A stretch of 64,000 nt of DNA from Sphingomonadales bacterium (GCA_031415335.1 JANORM010000068.1:1136-65135), one strand, 5' to 3'; positions 39,127 to 50,021 are shown, numbered from the stretch's first letter. Program-made: numbers and translations. The notes: generated by a model not told the origin, from the letters alone.

Positions 39127-40962
39127 ATGCACGGTTATGCCCCCTCCCAATTTGACAGCTCTAAAACCAAACGCAGCGAACCGCCGATGGGGCCGACGTT
39201 GCGCCGTTTTCTGCCCTATCTATGGCCCGATCATGCGCCAGAATTAAAGCTTAGAATAATATTGTCGGCGCTGTTGACGGTCGCGTCAAAGACAATCCAA
39301 TTGTCGATGGGCTTTGTCTATGGCGCGGCAATTGACCGCATGGTTCCCGGATTGGAAGCGGGCGTCGCGCTGGCGATAGGATTGATTGTCGCATATGCAG
39401 GCGCGCGGTTTGCAGGCGTGCTGTTTGACAATTTGCGCAACGTTGTTTTCGAACGCGTGGGGCAGGATGCAACCCGCGATCTGGCCGTGCATGTATTTGC
39501 ACATCTGCATGCATTGTCGCTGCGGTTCCATCTGGCGCGGCATACCGGTGAGGTGACCAAGGTAATTGAGCGCGGCACCAAAAGTATCGATACGATGCTG
39601 TATTTTTTACTGTTCAACATCGCCCCGACCGTCATCGAATTGATCGCGGTGCTCATCATTTTCACGGTAAAATTTAGCGCCGGCTTGGCTGCCGCCACTG
39701 CGGTCATGGTGGCCACTTATATCGTTATAACCCGCAAAATCACCGACTGGCGCAATGCCCTCCGCGCCGAAATGAATGACTTAGATACGCTGACGGTATC
39801 GCGTTCGGTCGATAGCCTTTTGAATTACGAGACGGTCAAATATTTTGGTGCCGAGGCCCGCGAAATTGCGCGGTATGAAAATGTCGCGGCCAGTTACGCA
39901 CGGGCCACAGTGAAATCGGAAAACTCGCTGGCGCTGCTGAATATTGCACAGTCGCTGGTGACCAATTTGATGATGGCGGGCGCAATGGGGTACACCATTT
40001 GGGGCTGGTCAAAGGGACACTTTCAAACCGGCGACGTCGTGCTGGTCAACACCCTATTGATGCAATTGTTCCGGCCATTGGATTTGCTGGGCATGGTGTA
40101 CCGGATGATCCGGCAGGGATTGGTAGATATGCAATCGATGTTTGCCTTGATCGATATGCCTGCGGAAATTGTCGATGCGCCGGGCGCTCCCGCGCTGGAT
40201 ATTGGCAATGCGACGGTCAGCTTTGACAATGTCGAATTTGGTTATGAGCCCGACCGGCAAATCCTGCACGGTTTAAGCTTTCACGTTCCTGCTGGCGAGA
40301 CGCTGGCGATTGTCGGGCCGTCGGGCGCAGGCAAATCAACGATCGCGCGGCTGTTATACCGATTCTATGATCCACAAAGCGGCAGCGTGCAGATTAACGG
40401 ACAAAATATCGCTGGCGTCACGCAAAGCTCATTGCGCGCAGCCATCGGCATCGTGCCGCAGGACACTGTGTTGTTCAACGATGATATCGGTTACAATATC
40501 GCTTATGGTAAAGCAGGCGCGAGCGAGGATGAGATCATCGCGGCGGCAAACGGCGCATCAATCCACAGCTTTATCGCGTCCCTGCCGCAGGGGTACCAAA
40601 CGCCGGTTGGTGAACGCGGATTGAAATTATCGGGCGGCGAAAAACAACGCGTTGCGATTGCCCGAACACTGTTAAAAAATCCGCCAATCTTGATCCTTGA
40701 CGAGGCCACCAGCGCGCTCGACAGCCGCACCGAGGAGGCAATTCAAGATACGCTAAATACCATCGCCGAAAAACGCACGACGATCATCATCGCGCACCGC
40801 TTGTCGACGATAACGCATGCCGACAATATCATTGTATTGGATAAAGGGCGTGTGGCTGAAGTTGGTACACATACAAAGCTGCTGCGTAAAAATGGCCTCT
40901 ATGCCGAAATGTGGACGCGGCAGCAGACGGAAAGCGAAGAAGAGGCTGTGGACGCGAGCTAG
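39127..40962 (+). CDS. atm1: Atm1/HMT1-type ABC exporter
   Basis: DSLLNYETVKYF, GPSGAGKS, VPQDTVLFN and LSGGEKQR motifs. Confidence 0.9.
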   Translation: MHGYAPSQFDSSKTKRSEPPMGPTLRRFLPYLWPDHAPELKLRIILSALLTVASKTIQLSMGFVYGAAIDRMVPGLEAGVALAIGLIVAYAGARFAGVLFDNLRNVVFERVGQDATRDLAVHVFAHLHALSLRFHLARHTGEVTKVIERGTKSIDTMLYFLLFNIAPTVIELIAVLIIFTVKFSAGLAAATAVMVATYIVITRKITDWRNALRAEMNDLDTLTVSRSVDSLLNYETVKYFGAEAREIARYENVAASYARATVKSENSLALLNIAQSLVTNLMMAGAMGYTIWGWSKGHFQTGDVVLVNTLLMQLFRPLDLLGMVYRMIRQGLVDMQSMFALIDMPAEIVDAPGAPALDIGNATVSFDNVEFGYEPDRQILHGLSFHVPAGETLAIVGPSGAGKSTIARLLYRFYDPQSGSVQINGQNIAGVTQSSLRAAIGIVPQDTVLFNDDIGYNIAYGKAGASEDEIIAAANGASIHSFIASLPQGYQTPVGERGLKLSGGEKQRVAIARTLLKNPPILILDEATSALDSRTEEAIQDTLNTIAEKRTTIIIAHRLSTITHADNIIVLDKGRVAEVGTHTKLLRKNGLYAEMWTRQQTESEEEAVDAS

Positions 40963-41004
40963 ATAAAATATAGTTTGAAAGTAAGATTTGGGAGGGGCGG
41001 CTTT

Positions 41005-42060
41005 ATGACGGAACACGATCTGGCCATGTTATATCAAATTGATTTGATCGCGCGCGGCGGATCACTGTCATTATTGGCGCTGTGGACTTATGTAATATTT
41101 CGGAATCACCGCTCGATTTTATCGGCGCGGATTGCGATTATCTTGAACCTGACTATTTTCGCTTATATCCTAAATGGCATTTTGTTTACTCTCGCACCAA
41201 GTTCCCCAGTCAATTATGTCTTTAATGCCCTTTCCGTTTTTGCTCCGCCGTTTCTATGGTTGTTCGCGCTCACTTGGTTTAACGATGTCGATAAGATCGG
41301 TTGGCGTCGGTGGTTGCCAATTGTTGCGCTTGGCATAATTTATTTTGCGCAGTCGGTTATGATTTCTCTTACCGGAAATGTTGCTCCTGCTCTTTGGATG
41401 GTGATGCGCATCGCAATGTTTGGATTTGGCGCAGCGGGGATATGGGCTGCATGGCAGGGACGTGAGAATGATCTGGTGGAGGCGCGCCGCCGGTTTCGGT
41501 TGGTGATGATAGGCGCGATTGGCGGCTTCGTCATTTTGGTCAATGTCGTTGAAGTGTTAGTGGAAAGCGACGTAATGGGATTTCATGCTCGATCCCTAAT
41601 TGAGTTCGCGATTTTTTTGATCACATTTGTAATTTCGGCGGGTCTTTATAACTTAGCAAATCCAGAATTATTTGCGGCCGCAAAGAAAATAGTAAAGCTT
41701 CCAAATGAGAGAGACGAACCCTCTATCCTTGCAAATAAGCTGACGACGTTTATGACGTACGAACGGGCTTACCGATCCGAGGGCCTGACGATTGCTGCGC
41801 TCGCGGCGCAAATCGGTGAGCAGGAATACCGCTTGCGCCGGTTGATAAATGGTGAGCTTGGCTTTCGCAATTTCACCGCGTTCTTGAACAGTTACCGGCT
41901 GGCCGAAATACGCGATGCCCTGTCCGATCCTAAGCAGAAAGAAGTTCCCATTTTGACCATTGCAATTGATGCGGGCTTTGGATCGCTCGGGCCCTTCAAC
42001 CGCGCCTTTAGGGAAGCAGAAGGCATGACACCTAGCGAATATCGTGGCCGCCATAGCTGA
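41005..42060 (+). CDS. Membrane-anchored AraC family regulator
   Basis: About 7 TM helices, then LRRLINGELGFRNF and AGFGSLGPFNRAFR...TPSEYR. Confidence 0.88.
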   Translation: MTEHDLAMLYQIDLIARGGSLSLLALWTYVIFRNHRSILSARIAIILNLTIFAYILNGILFTLAPSSPVNYVFNALSVFAPPFLWLFALTWFNDVDKIGWRRWLPIVALGIIYFAQSVMISLTGNVAPALWMVMRIAMFGFGAAGIWAAWQGRENDLVEARRRFRLVMIGAIGGFVILVNVVEVLVESDVMGFHARSLIEFAIFLITFVISAGLYNLANPELFAAAKKIVKLPNERDEPSILANKLTTFMTYERAYRSEGLTIAALAAQIGEQEYRLRRLINGELGFRNFTAFLNSYRLAEIRDALSDPKQKEVPILTIAIDAGFGSLGPFNRAFREAEGMTPSEYRGRHS

Positions 42061-42154
42061 TCGATTTCAAAATCGGCTGGCCGAATTTGGAAATTACGGA
42101 GCATGATTGCAACGCGGCGACCATGAAGAACATGTCCAATGAGTAGGAATTGCC

Positions 42155-42964
42155 ATGATTGAATCGACCAACCCAATAATAATATTCCGCGAAATATTCG
42201 TCCATGCCTTCATGGCTGATTTCACGCGCTATCTTATTGCCGCATGCGTTACGGCGTTGATCGTTTTTCTGTTAATGCAAACCGGATTGCGGACGCGCAA
42301 AATTCAAAAGCGAAAGGCATCATCATCGGATGTGATGCGTGAGTTTCTGCAATCGGTGCGGTCATGTATCGTTTATGTTGGGGTGTCGGTGGCGATTATC
42401 TGGGGCATCAACATGGAATATATATATCCCATCGGTCCATCCAACGGGCTGGCGAATGACCTGATGATGTTGGCGGCGATGATCGTCCTGCACGATGCCT
42501 ATTTTTACTGGACGCACCGCGCGCTGCACCACCCGCTATTATACAAACGCTTTCATTTGGCGCATCATCGTTCCGTCACGCCGACGCCGTTTGCTGCGTA
42601 TAGCTTTTCCGTCGGTGAAGCCGCGATTGCCGCGATGTTTGTCATCATTTGGCAATTTGCCATTGGCGCGCCCGGCACAGTTTTGGTGCCATTCCTGCTT
42701 TTTCAAATCACCCGCAACGCGATGGGCCATGCCGGATTTGAGCTGATGCCGCGTTGGTGGTTGTCGACGCGTTTGACGCGCTGGATTAATACCACGACGC
42801 ACCATGACCTGCACCATGGCGGCGGGTTCAATCATAACTATGGTCTTTATTTTACATGGTGGGACAAATGGGCGGGAACCGAGCACCCGCAATATCGGGA
42901 GAAGTTCGCGAGCGTGGTGGCAAAGCCTTCGCAAGAAGAAACCACTTTGGTCCCCGCGGAATAG
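42155..42964 (+). CDS. Sterol desaturase / fatty acid hydroxylase family protein
   Basis: His boxes YWTHRALH, HLAHH and HHDLHH; NYG..F.WWD. Confidence 0.88.
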   Translation: MIESTNPIIIFREIFVHAFMADFTRYLIAACVTALIVFLLMQTGLRTRKIQKRKASSSDVMREFLQSVRSCIVYVGVSVAIIWGINMEYIYPIGPSNGLANDLMMLAAMIVLHDAYFYWTHRALHHPLLYKRFHLAHHRSVTPTPFAAYSFSVGEAAIAAMFVIIWQFAIGAPGTVLVPFLLFQITRNAMGHAGFELMPRWWLSTRLTRWINTTTHHDLHHGGGFNHNYGLYFTWWDKWAGTEHPQYREKFASVVAKPSQEETTLVPAE

Positions 42965-42997
42965 GCCTAGCCGCACTCCCGATTTCGCCCTAGTGCG

Positions 42998-44779
42998 ATG
43001 CCCATGGCAACGCATGCAGCAAAATTTGATCCTTTAGGCGAACTGCACCGGCTATTCGGCTTTTCGGAATTTCGCGGGGTACAGCGCGATGTGGTTGACC
43101 GCGTGATGGCGGGGCAGCGGACGTTGGCGGTGATGCCGACGGGCGCGGGTAAATCGCTTTGTTACCAGCTGCCGTCTGTTATGCTGCCGGGGACGACTAT
43201 CGTTATATCGCCCCTGATCGCGTTGATGCACGATCAAATGCGCAGCGCAAATGCAGCGGGGATTAAGGCAGCAACTTTGACATCGGCGGATGAAAACCGG
43301 GCCGAGACAATCGAGCGGTTCAGGGACGGGCGGCTTGACCTGTTATATGTCGCGCCCGAACGTGCGTCGGGGGCGGAGTTTCGCGGTTTGCTGCGGGAGG
43401 CGCAGATTTCGCTGTTTGCGATTGATGAGGCGCATTGTGTGTCGGAATGGGGACATGATTTCCGACCCGATTACCGTTTACTTAGGCCGTTGATGGATGA
43501 TTATCCCCAGGTTCCCCGGCTGGCGCTGACCGCAACCGCCGATGCACATACCCGCAGCGACATCTTGTTACAGCTAGGCATTGGCGAGGCGGGGATGATT
43601 GTTGCCGGGTTTGACCGCCCCAACATTCGCTATCAAATTGCACCCAAAGCCGGAGCCGCAGCGCAAGTTGCCGATTTTGTTAAGGCAAATGCGGGCGCGG
43701 GCATCGTTTATGTCCAGTCGCGCGCAGGGGCCGACCGGATGGCAGAATCGCTGGCGAAAACTGGGCGGCCCGTGCGGTCCTATCATGCCGGATTGGATCC
43801 AGAGGTCCGCAAACGTAACCAACATGATTTTGTTGCCTCCGAAGATATGGTCATGGTGGCCACCGTGGCGTTCGGCATGGGGATTGATAAACCCGATGTC
43901 CGCTTTGTGGCGCATGCGGGCCTGCCCAAGTCTATCGAAGCTTATTATCAGGAAACGGGCAGAGCGGGGCGCGATGGCGATCCTGCAACGGCGCAACTTT
44001 TTTGGGGCGCCGAAGATTTTTCCAAGGCGCGAATGTGGCTGCGCGATGTTGAAGAAAGCCGATTGGCAGGCGAACGTGCGCGACTGGCATCGCTGGGCGC
44101 GCTCGTTGAAACCGCAGGATGCAGGCGAGCGATTTTGCTGCGCCATTTTGGCGAAACCCCAGCGGAAACCTGCGGCAATTGCGACAATTGCCTGAATCCG
44201 CCGAAATCGGTTGATGCGAGCGTTGTCGCGCAGAAATTCCTTTCCGCCGTGTACCGCACCGGGCAAAGTTTTGGCATCGGGCATTTGGAAAATATCCTGA
44301 CAGGCAAATCCGACGATAAGTCGGTGAAATTTGGCCATGACCAACTGTCGGTATTTGGAATTGTGAACGCTGATGATGCACCGCTGATTAAGCCGGTGGC
44401 GCGGTCGTTATTGCTGAAGGACGCGCTGCGCACGAACGAGCATGGCGGATTGATGTTCGGCCCACAGGCCAAGGCGTATATGAAGGGCGACATGCCGCTG
44501 GACCTGATCGTACCGCCAAAACGCGAACGCAAATTACGGCGCGACGGTGCGATTAACCCGATCGGCGACCCATTGTTTGAGGCGTTACGCAGCGCACGGC
44601 GCGATATCGCGTTGGAGGCCGGCGTGCCTCCTTATGTCATATTCCATGATGCCACCTTGCGCGAAATGGCGATGCAGCGGCCCAGCAGCATGTCGGCAAT
44701 GTCAAAAATTTCGGGCGTTGGCGCGCGAAAGCTTGACGAATATGGCGCTGCGTTTTTATCGGTGATACAGCAGCATTGA
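42998..44779 (+). CDS. recQ: DNA helicase RecQ
   Basis: [21 protein letters not shown], Zn motif CGNCDNC and HRDC domain. Confidence 0.97.
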   Translation: MPMATHAAKFDPLGELHRLFGFSEFRGVQRDVVDRVMAGQRTLAVMPTGAGKSLCYQLPSVMLPGTTIVISPLIALMHDQMRSANAAGIKAATLTSADENRAETIERFRDGRLDLLYVAPERASGAEFRGLLREAQISLFAIDEAHCVSEWGHDFRPDYRLLRPLMDDYPQVPRLALTATADAHTRSDILLQLGIGEAGMIVAGFDRPNIRYQIAPKAGAAAQVADFVKANAGAGIVYVQSRAGADRMAESLAKTGRPVRSYHAGLDPEVRKRNQHDFVASEDMVMVATVAFGMGIDKPDVRFVAHAGLPKSIEAYYQETGRAGRDGDPATAQLFWGAEDFSKARMWLRDVEESRLAGERARLASLGALVETAGCRRAILLRHFGETPAETCGNCDNCLNPPKSVDASVVAQKFLSAVYRTGQSFGIGHLENILTGKSDDKSVKFGHDQLSVFGIVNADDAPLIKPVARSLLLKDALRTNEHGGLMFGPQAKAYMKGDMPLDLIVPPKRERKLRRDGAINPIGDPLFEALRSARRDIALEAGVPPYVIFHDATLREMAMQRPSSMSAMSKISGVGARKLDEYGAAFLSVIQQH

Positions 44780-44790
44780 AGGGGAATATC

Positions 44791-45225
44791 ATGTTTCGCA
44801 AATTGACGGACACATTTTTGGCCGCACCGCAAATCAGCGTGGACGATGTCGCGGCAGCAAAAGCGCAGGGCGTTGCATTGATTATCAACAACCGCCCTGA
44901 TGGTGAAGAACCCAGCGCGCCGCAAAGCGCCGACATTGCGGCGGCGGCAGCGGCGGCGGGCATCGCTTACGCTGAGATCGCCGTTACCCACGCGGGATAT
45001 TCACACCCGCAAATCGATGCGATGATTACCGCATTAGAACGTGCAGGCGACGGCAAGGTGCTGGCATATTGCCGATCGGGAACACGCTCGACAATGCTAT
45101 GGGCGCTGGCGCAAGCGAAATCCGGTATGCATCCCGCAGAGATTGCGGCAAGGGCGGAAAGCGCAGGCTATGACGTTGCGCCCATCGCGGCGATGATGGA
45201 CCTACTGCGCGGTCAGCGAGGCTGA
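44791..45225 (+). CDS. TIGR01244 family sulfur transferase / phosphatase-like protein
   Basis: IINNRPDGEE and AYCRSGTRS motifs. Confidence 0.9.
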   Translation: MFRKLTDTFLAAPQISVDDVAAAKAQGVALIINNRPDGEEPSAPQSADIAAAAAAAGIAYAEIAVTHAGYSHPQIDAMITALERAGDGKVLAYCRSGTRSTMLWALAQAKSGMHPAEIAARAESAGYDVAPIAAMMDLLRGQRG

Positions 45226-45260
45226 TTAATTCACAATCAGAGTTTCGGGATTGGCAATTT

Positions 45261-45662
45261 ATGGCGACTTCCACAAAAATTTTGATATTGGGTTTTGCTT
45301 TATTGGCGCTGTATTATTTTGCGCGATATGCACGTTTGGGCCACGGATTGACCGTAAAAGATGCCGAACATGCAAAACAAATCGCGTATGAAGAACTGAT
45401 TGGATTTCAAGGCGACGAAGTCTTGATTGATCGTTCGGGCCAGTCGGCCTTGGTTCGCGGCGGCGTGGATGGTTACGCGTATATCCGCCGCCATGGCGCG
45501 CATTTTGTGGTTCGCCAGATTGGCGGAACGGAGATAATCCAGTGCGGCGCGGAAAAAATATTGCTGCGCCATCCTGATCTGCCCAAAGGCGGTGTCACAA
45601 TGCAGGTGACGCATGCAGCCGAGCCGCGCACTGCCCAATTTACCGCATATGATAAACGCTGA
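45261..45662 (+). CDS. Hypothetical protein with N-terminal TM helix
   Basis: IRRHGAHFV motif; operon context. Confidence 0.65.
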   Translation: MATSTKILILGFALLALYYFARYARLGHGLTVKDAEHAKQIAYEELIGFQGDEVLIDRSGQSALVRGGVDGYAYIRRHGAHFVVRQIGGTEIIQCGAEKILLRHPDLPKGGVTMQVTHAAEPRTAQFTAYDKR

Positions 45663-45673
45663 TCGATACGGGC

Positions 45674-46615
45674 ATGACAAGCAATTTTCCTGATCTTGTC
45701 GCCTTCGCCATTCCAGCATTCATCCTGTTGATATTTGCCGAGATGCAATGGGCGCGGAAATATTCGCCCAGCAGTTATCATCCCCATGATTTGGTGATTT
45801 CGATGTTGCTTGGTTTGACCGCATTTTTGGCGGCGTTGGTGTTCGCAGACCCCGTGCACAATATAAGCAGCTATGTGGCGGAGTTCCGATTGACCCAGCT
45901 TTCGTTTGCTTTGTGGGTATGGCTTTTGTGCATCTTCGCGGACGATTTTCTGCATTATGCACTGCACCGCGCGTCGCATCATGTGCGATTTTTATGGGCC
46001 AGCCACGTGGTCCATCACAGCAGCCAGCATTTCAACTTGGTTGTTGGATTGCGGCAATCGGCGTCGATCGTTTTTCTGTCCGCGCTGATTTTCCGTCTGC
46101 CTTTGGTGATGCTTGGCTTCTCGCTGGAGATGGTGGCGACGGTCATAACGGGCAATCAGATTTACCAGTTTTGGACGCATAGCGATGCGGTGCGAACCAG
46201 TCCGCGTTGGTTCAGCTATATCTTCACCACGCCCGCTCATCACCGCATTCATCATGCTGCCAATCCCGAATATCTGGATCGTAACTATGGGGGCGTGTTC
46301 ATCGTTTGGGACCGGATGTTTGGGACGTTCCAATCTGAGCAAGCGGGCAATCCGCCGCGATACGGGCTGGTGCAGCAATTGGGGCGGTTTAACTTGCTGA
46401 TATGCATGTTACACGAATGGAGCGCGATTTTCGACGATATGTGGCACGCGCCCTGGCGGCACAAACTGGCTTATTTCTTCGCGCCGCCGGGATGGAGCCA
46501 CGATGGATCGCGCGAGACCAGCGACGATATCAAGGCGCGCTGGGCGGCGGCGAAGGCGGACGGTGGACAAAAGTGGCAGGCTATGGAAAGTAATATTAAT
46601 GACCGATCTTCCTAA
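45674..46615 (+). CDS. Sterol desaturase family (alkylglycerol monooxygenase-like), paralog 1
   Basis: HRASH, WASHVVHHSS, HHRIHH and YLDRNYGG motifs. Confidence 0.88.
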   Translation: MTSNFPDLVAFAIPAFILLIFAEMQWARKYSPSSYHPHDLVISMLLGLTAFLAALVFADPVHNISSYVAEFRLTQLSFALWVWLLCIFADDFLHYALHRASHHVRFLWASHVVHHSSQHFNLVVGLRQSASIVFLSALIFRLPLVMLGFSLEMVATVITGNQIYQFWTHSDAVRTSPRWFSYIFTTPAHHRIHHAANPEYLDRNYGGVFIVWDRMFGTFQSEQAGNPPRYGLVQQLGRFNLLICMLHEWSAIFDDMWHAPWRHKLAYFFAPPGWSHDGSRETSDDIKARWAAAKADGGQKWQAMESNINDRSS

Positions 46616-47492
46616 CCCCGTCGACTATGCGATTCCCGGCTTTGTCATATTGATGCTGGCCGAAATGTGGCTGCTGCGGTCGCGCCGTCATCTTGCGGGT
46701 TATGAGTGGCGCGATACAGCGACGTCGCTTTTGCTTGGTACCGGCAGCCAGGTTGCGGGTTTGCTGACGGCGGGACTGGTTTACGCCGCCGCCAAATGGG
46801 GCAATCAATATTCGCTGTTCGATATTGGCTTTGTCTGGTGGGCGTGGCCATTATGTTTTGTACTCGATGATTTGGCATATTACGCGTTTCACCGCAGCGC
46901 GCACCGTGTCCGCTGGTTTTGGGCGGCGCATGTCACCCATCACGGCAGCCTGCTTTACAACTTGTCAACGGCGCTGCGCCAAACATGGACCGTGTTTATT
47001 GCACTTAGTTTTGTGTTTCGCATGCCTTTGCTGTTCATCGGTTTTCCGGTGGAGATGGTATTTTTCTGCGGCGCGCTGAATCTAATCTACCAATTCTGGT
47101 TCCATACCGAGGCGATTGACCGGATGCCGCGCTGGTTTGAAGCGGTCATGAACACGCCGTCGCACCACCGCGTCCATCACGCCACAAACGCGCGCTATCT
47201 GGACGCAAATTATGCCGGCGTGTTCATCATCTGGGACCGGATGTTCGGCACGTTTGTGGGCGAGGACGATACAGACAAAATCGAATATGGCTTGGTGCAC
47301 AATCTGGGCAGTTTTAACCTGGTTTGGGCCGCGGTCCATGAATGGGCGGGTATCATGCAAGATATGTGGCGCGCGCCGTGGCGCCATAAGCTGTCATATG
47401 CATTGCGGGAGCCGGGTTGGAGCCATGACGGCAGCCGCGAAACCAGCGCAATGATAAAAAAGCGGGTTGCCCAGAAACGCAGCATTCCGTAA
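46599..47492 (+). CDS. Sterol desaturase family (alkylglycerol monooxygenase-like), paralog 2
   Basis: HRSAH, WAAHVTHH, HHRVHH and YLDANYAG motifs. Confidence 0.88.
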   Translation: MTDLPNPVDYAIPGFVILMLAEMWLLRSRRHLAGYEWRDTATSLLLGTGSQVAGLLTAGLVYAAAKWGNQYSLFDIGFVWWAWPLCFVLDDLAYYAFHRSAHRVRWFWAAHVTHHGSLLYNLSTALRQTWTVFIALSFVFRMPLLFIGFPVEMVFFCGALNLIYQFWFHTEAIDRMPRWFEAVMNTPSHHRVHHATNARYLDANYAGVFIIWDRMFGTFVGEDDTDKIEYGLVHNLGSFNLVWAAVHEWAGIMQDMWRAPWRHKLSYALREPGWSHDGSRETSAMIKKRVAQKRSIP

Positions 47493-47590
47493 ATTTAGGG
47501 TCAGGCCCTGTTCAATAGCATTGGTAGAAAATTACGGATTTCGTCGCAACGGGACTTGCCACGAATGCCCAAAAAGACGATCAACTGCAA

Positions 47591-47812
47591 ATGGCAAATA
47601 TAATCGCATTCATCCTTGGGCTCATCGCCCTGCTCTTCGCAATCCCGGCGTTCATTCCGTTATTGGGATGGGCCAATTGGATCATTATTTTGATCGCGGG
47701 CGTCGGGATCATCGTCGGCATGGCATCGAGGAAGAATGGCGGACGAAATTTCTGCGTCGGTGTGGCTATATTGTGCGCGTTACGGCTTTGGCTTGGCGGC
47801 GGCTTAATCTGA
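47591..47812 (+). CDS. Small membrane protein
   Basis: FIPLLGWANW...RLWLGGG; three hydrophobic segments. Confidence 0.7.
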   Translation: MANIIAFILGLIALLFAIPAFIPLLGWANWIIILIAGVGIIVGMASRKNGGRNFCVGVAILCALRLWLGGGLI

Positions 47813-48726
47813 CCCAAGCGTCAGATAATCCACCCAATTCCATCGATCGCGGCGCGTTATTCGCGGCGATTGGCGCGTATTTCATCTGGGGTTTCATGCC
47901 ACTGTTTTTCAAACAGTTGGACGGCGTTCCTGCGGTTGAAATTATCGCACACCGGGTAATCTGGGCAGTGCCGTTGCTGATTATAATCATGGCGTTTCGG
48001 CGGCAGCTGGCTGAATTTTGGGCCGCAATCACCAGCCTAGCGACGCTGCGCTGGATGCTCCTCAGCGCCATCCTGATTTCGATCAACTGGCTGGTATATG
48101 TGTGGGCGGTGAATAACGAACTGATCCTGGCGGCAAGCCTGGGATATTATCTAAATCCTTTGCTGAATATTTTGGTTGGTACCGTTTTCTTGAACGAGCG
48201 GCTGAACCGCACCCAATGGATCGCGGTTGCCATCGCCGTTAGCGCGGTTGCCATATTGGCCGTGGGTGCAATTGGCACTTTGTGGATCAGCCTGACATTG
48301 GCGGCCAGTTTTTGCGGCTATGGCGTTGTGCGCAAGTTTGCGCCCGTTGGCGCCATTCCCGGTCTGGCCATTGAGACAATATTGTTGATGCCCGCCGCAT
48401 TTGGCGCGGCATTTTGGTTTGCGCAGATAGGCAATGTGCGCGGTTGGGGCAGCGATAGCGCGACGATGCTGTTACTTGCAGCAGGCGGCGCAATTACGGC
48501 AGTCCCGCTGTTGCTGTTCGCCACGGCGGCGCGGCGCATGAGTTATAGCGTGATGGGTTTCATCCAATATATCGGACCGACCATGCAATTCATATTGGCG
48601 ATTTTCTTATATCAAGAGGCGTTATCGGGCGCGCGGCTGATAAGCTTTGTGCTGATTTGGGTGGCGCTATCGATATTTAGCTGGGACGCGGTTCAGCGCA
48701 TGCGCGGACAGCGGATACCGGCTTAA
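47809..48726 (+). CDS. rarD: EamA family transporter RarD (start uncertain)
   Basis: AHRVIW, ASLGYYLNPL and GFIQYIGPT motifs. Confidence 0.9.
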   Translation: MTQASDNPPNSIDRGALFAAIGAYFIWGFMPLFFKQLDGVPAVEIIAHRVIWAVPLLIIIMAFRRQLAEFWAAITSLATLRWMLLSAILISINWLVYVWAVNNELILAASLGYYLNPLLNILVGTVFLNERLNRTQWIAVAIAVSAVAILAVGAIGTLWISLTLAASFCGYGVVRKFAPVGAIPGLAIETILLMPAAFGAAFWFAQIGNVRGWGSDSATMLLLAAGGAITAVPLLLFATAARRMSYSVMGFIQYIGPTMQFILAIFLYQEALSGARLISFVLIWVALSIFSWDAVQRMRGQRIPA

Positions 48727-48794
48727 AGGACAAGAAAAAAGCATTTGAATAAATCCGGAGTTCTGTGTTAGCCTCTAAAAAAGTGGAGGTAACG

Positions 48795-50021
48795 ATGAAA
48801 TTGACGCGCCGGGAAGCATTGGCGGCAATTGGAGCAAGTGCCGCCACTTCGCACGCTATTGCAGGAACATCTCCTACAAAAAACTCTTCTTCTATAATTG
48901 ATGTCGCCGTCATAGGAGCTGGTGTTTTTGGAGCGTGGACCGCATGGCACCTTAAAAAAGCGGGGCTATCAGTTGCTTTATTTGAGCAACATTCGGCAGG
49001 TCATGCCACGTCTTCGTCGGGCGGTGAAAGCCGGATTATTCGGGTAAGCTATGGCGGCGATCCGCTTTATTCCTCAATGGCGCGTGAATCACTTGCCAAA
49101 TGGGACGCGCTTTTCTTGCGCCAAAGGCAACCTATACTTCACAAAATTGGTGTGTTGTGGTTCGCCAAGAATAATGATGATGCCGCCACACAAAGCTTGG
49201 CATGGCTTAGAGCATCGGGCCTGGGCCGTTGGGAAGGCGATGCAGCTGCTTTACGCCAGCGTTTCCCTCAAATGCTGTTTGCAGATGATGAAGCTGGATT
49301 TATTGAAACAGGAACAGGTGCCCTAATTGCCGGACGCGGTGTGCAAGCTGTCGTAGCGGATTCAGGGGTTGAGGTTTTTCGTGCTGTAGTTGGCACACCT
49401 CAAAAACTGGCCAATGGCAATTATCAAGTTGCAGGCATAACGGCGCGCCATCTGATTTATGCTTGCGGACCTTGGCTGCCAAAGATTTTCCCCGATGAAC
49501 TAGGCAATAAGATATTTGCTACGCGGCAAGAGGTATTTCATTTTGGTTCAAAACCTGGAGACAATCGTTTTTCTGCCTCAGCCATACCGACATGGATCGA
49601 TTCTGATCCGCGCGATTATGCGTATGGTTTTCCGGACTTAGAAGGCCAAGGGTTCAAGTTAGCATTTGATACGCATGGAGAAATTATTGATCCCGATACG
49701 CAGGGCCGTCAAGTTACCGCCGAAGGTATATCCCGCGCTCGGCGTTATCTCAAATCGCGGTTCCCCGACCTTTCGGATGCACCGTTAATCCATACGCGTG
49801 TGTGTCAATATGAAAACTCATCCAATGGTGATTTTCTAATTGACCGGTTGCCGGGGCATGACCGCGTTTGGCTGGTTGGAGCCGGATCAGGGCATGGTTT
49901 CAAACATGGCCCAGCAGTTGGCAAGCGAGCAGCAGCTCACATCCTTAATCCTTTGACAGCCATCGAACCGCGTTTTTCGCTCGCAACCAAAGCAACCACA
50001 CAAAACCGCACGGTTTATTAA
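48795..50021 (+). CDS. Tat-exported FAD-dependent oxidase of the sarcosine oxidase/MTOX family
   Basis: TRREAL signal, GAGVFG, SSGGESRIIR, RVCQY and GSGHGFKHG motifs. Confidence 0.85.
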   Translation: MKLTRREALAAIGASAATSHAIAGTSPTKNSSSIIDVAVIGAGVFGAWTAWHLKKAGLSVALFEQHSAGHATSSSGGESRIIRVSYGGDPLYSSMARESLAKWDALFLRQRQPILHKIGVLWFAKNNDDAATQSLAWLRASGLGRWEGDAAALRQRFPQMLFADDEAGFIETGTGALIAGRGVQAVVADSGVEVFRAVVGTPQKLANGNYQVAGITARHLIYACGPWLPKIFPDELGNKIFATRQEVFHFGSKPGDNRFSASAIPTWIDSDPRDYAYGFPDLEGQGFKLAFDTHGEIIDPDTQGRQVTAEGISRARRYLKSRFPDLSDAPLIHTRVCQYENSSNGDFLIDRLPGHDRVWLVGAGSGHGFKHGPAVGKRAAAHILNPLTAIEPRFSLATKATTQNRTVY

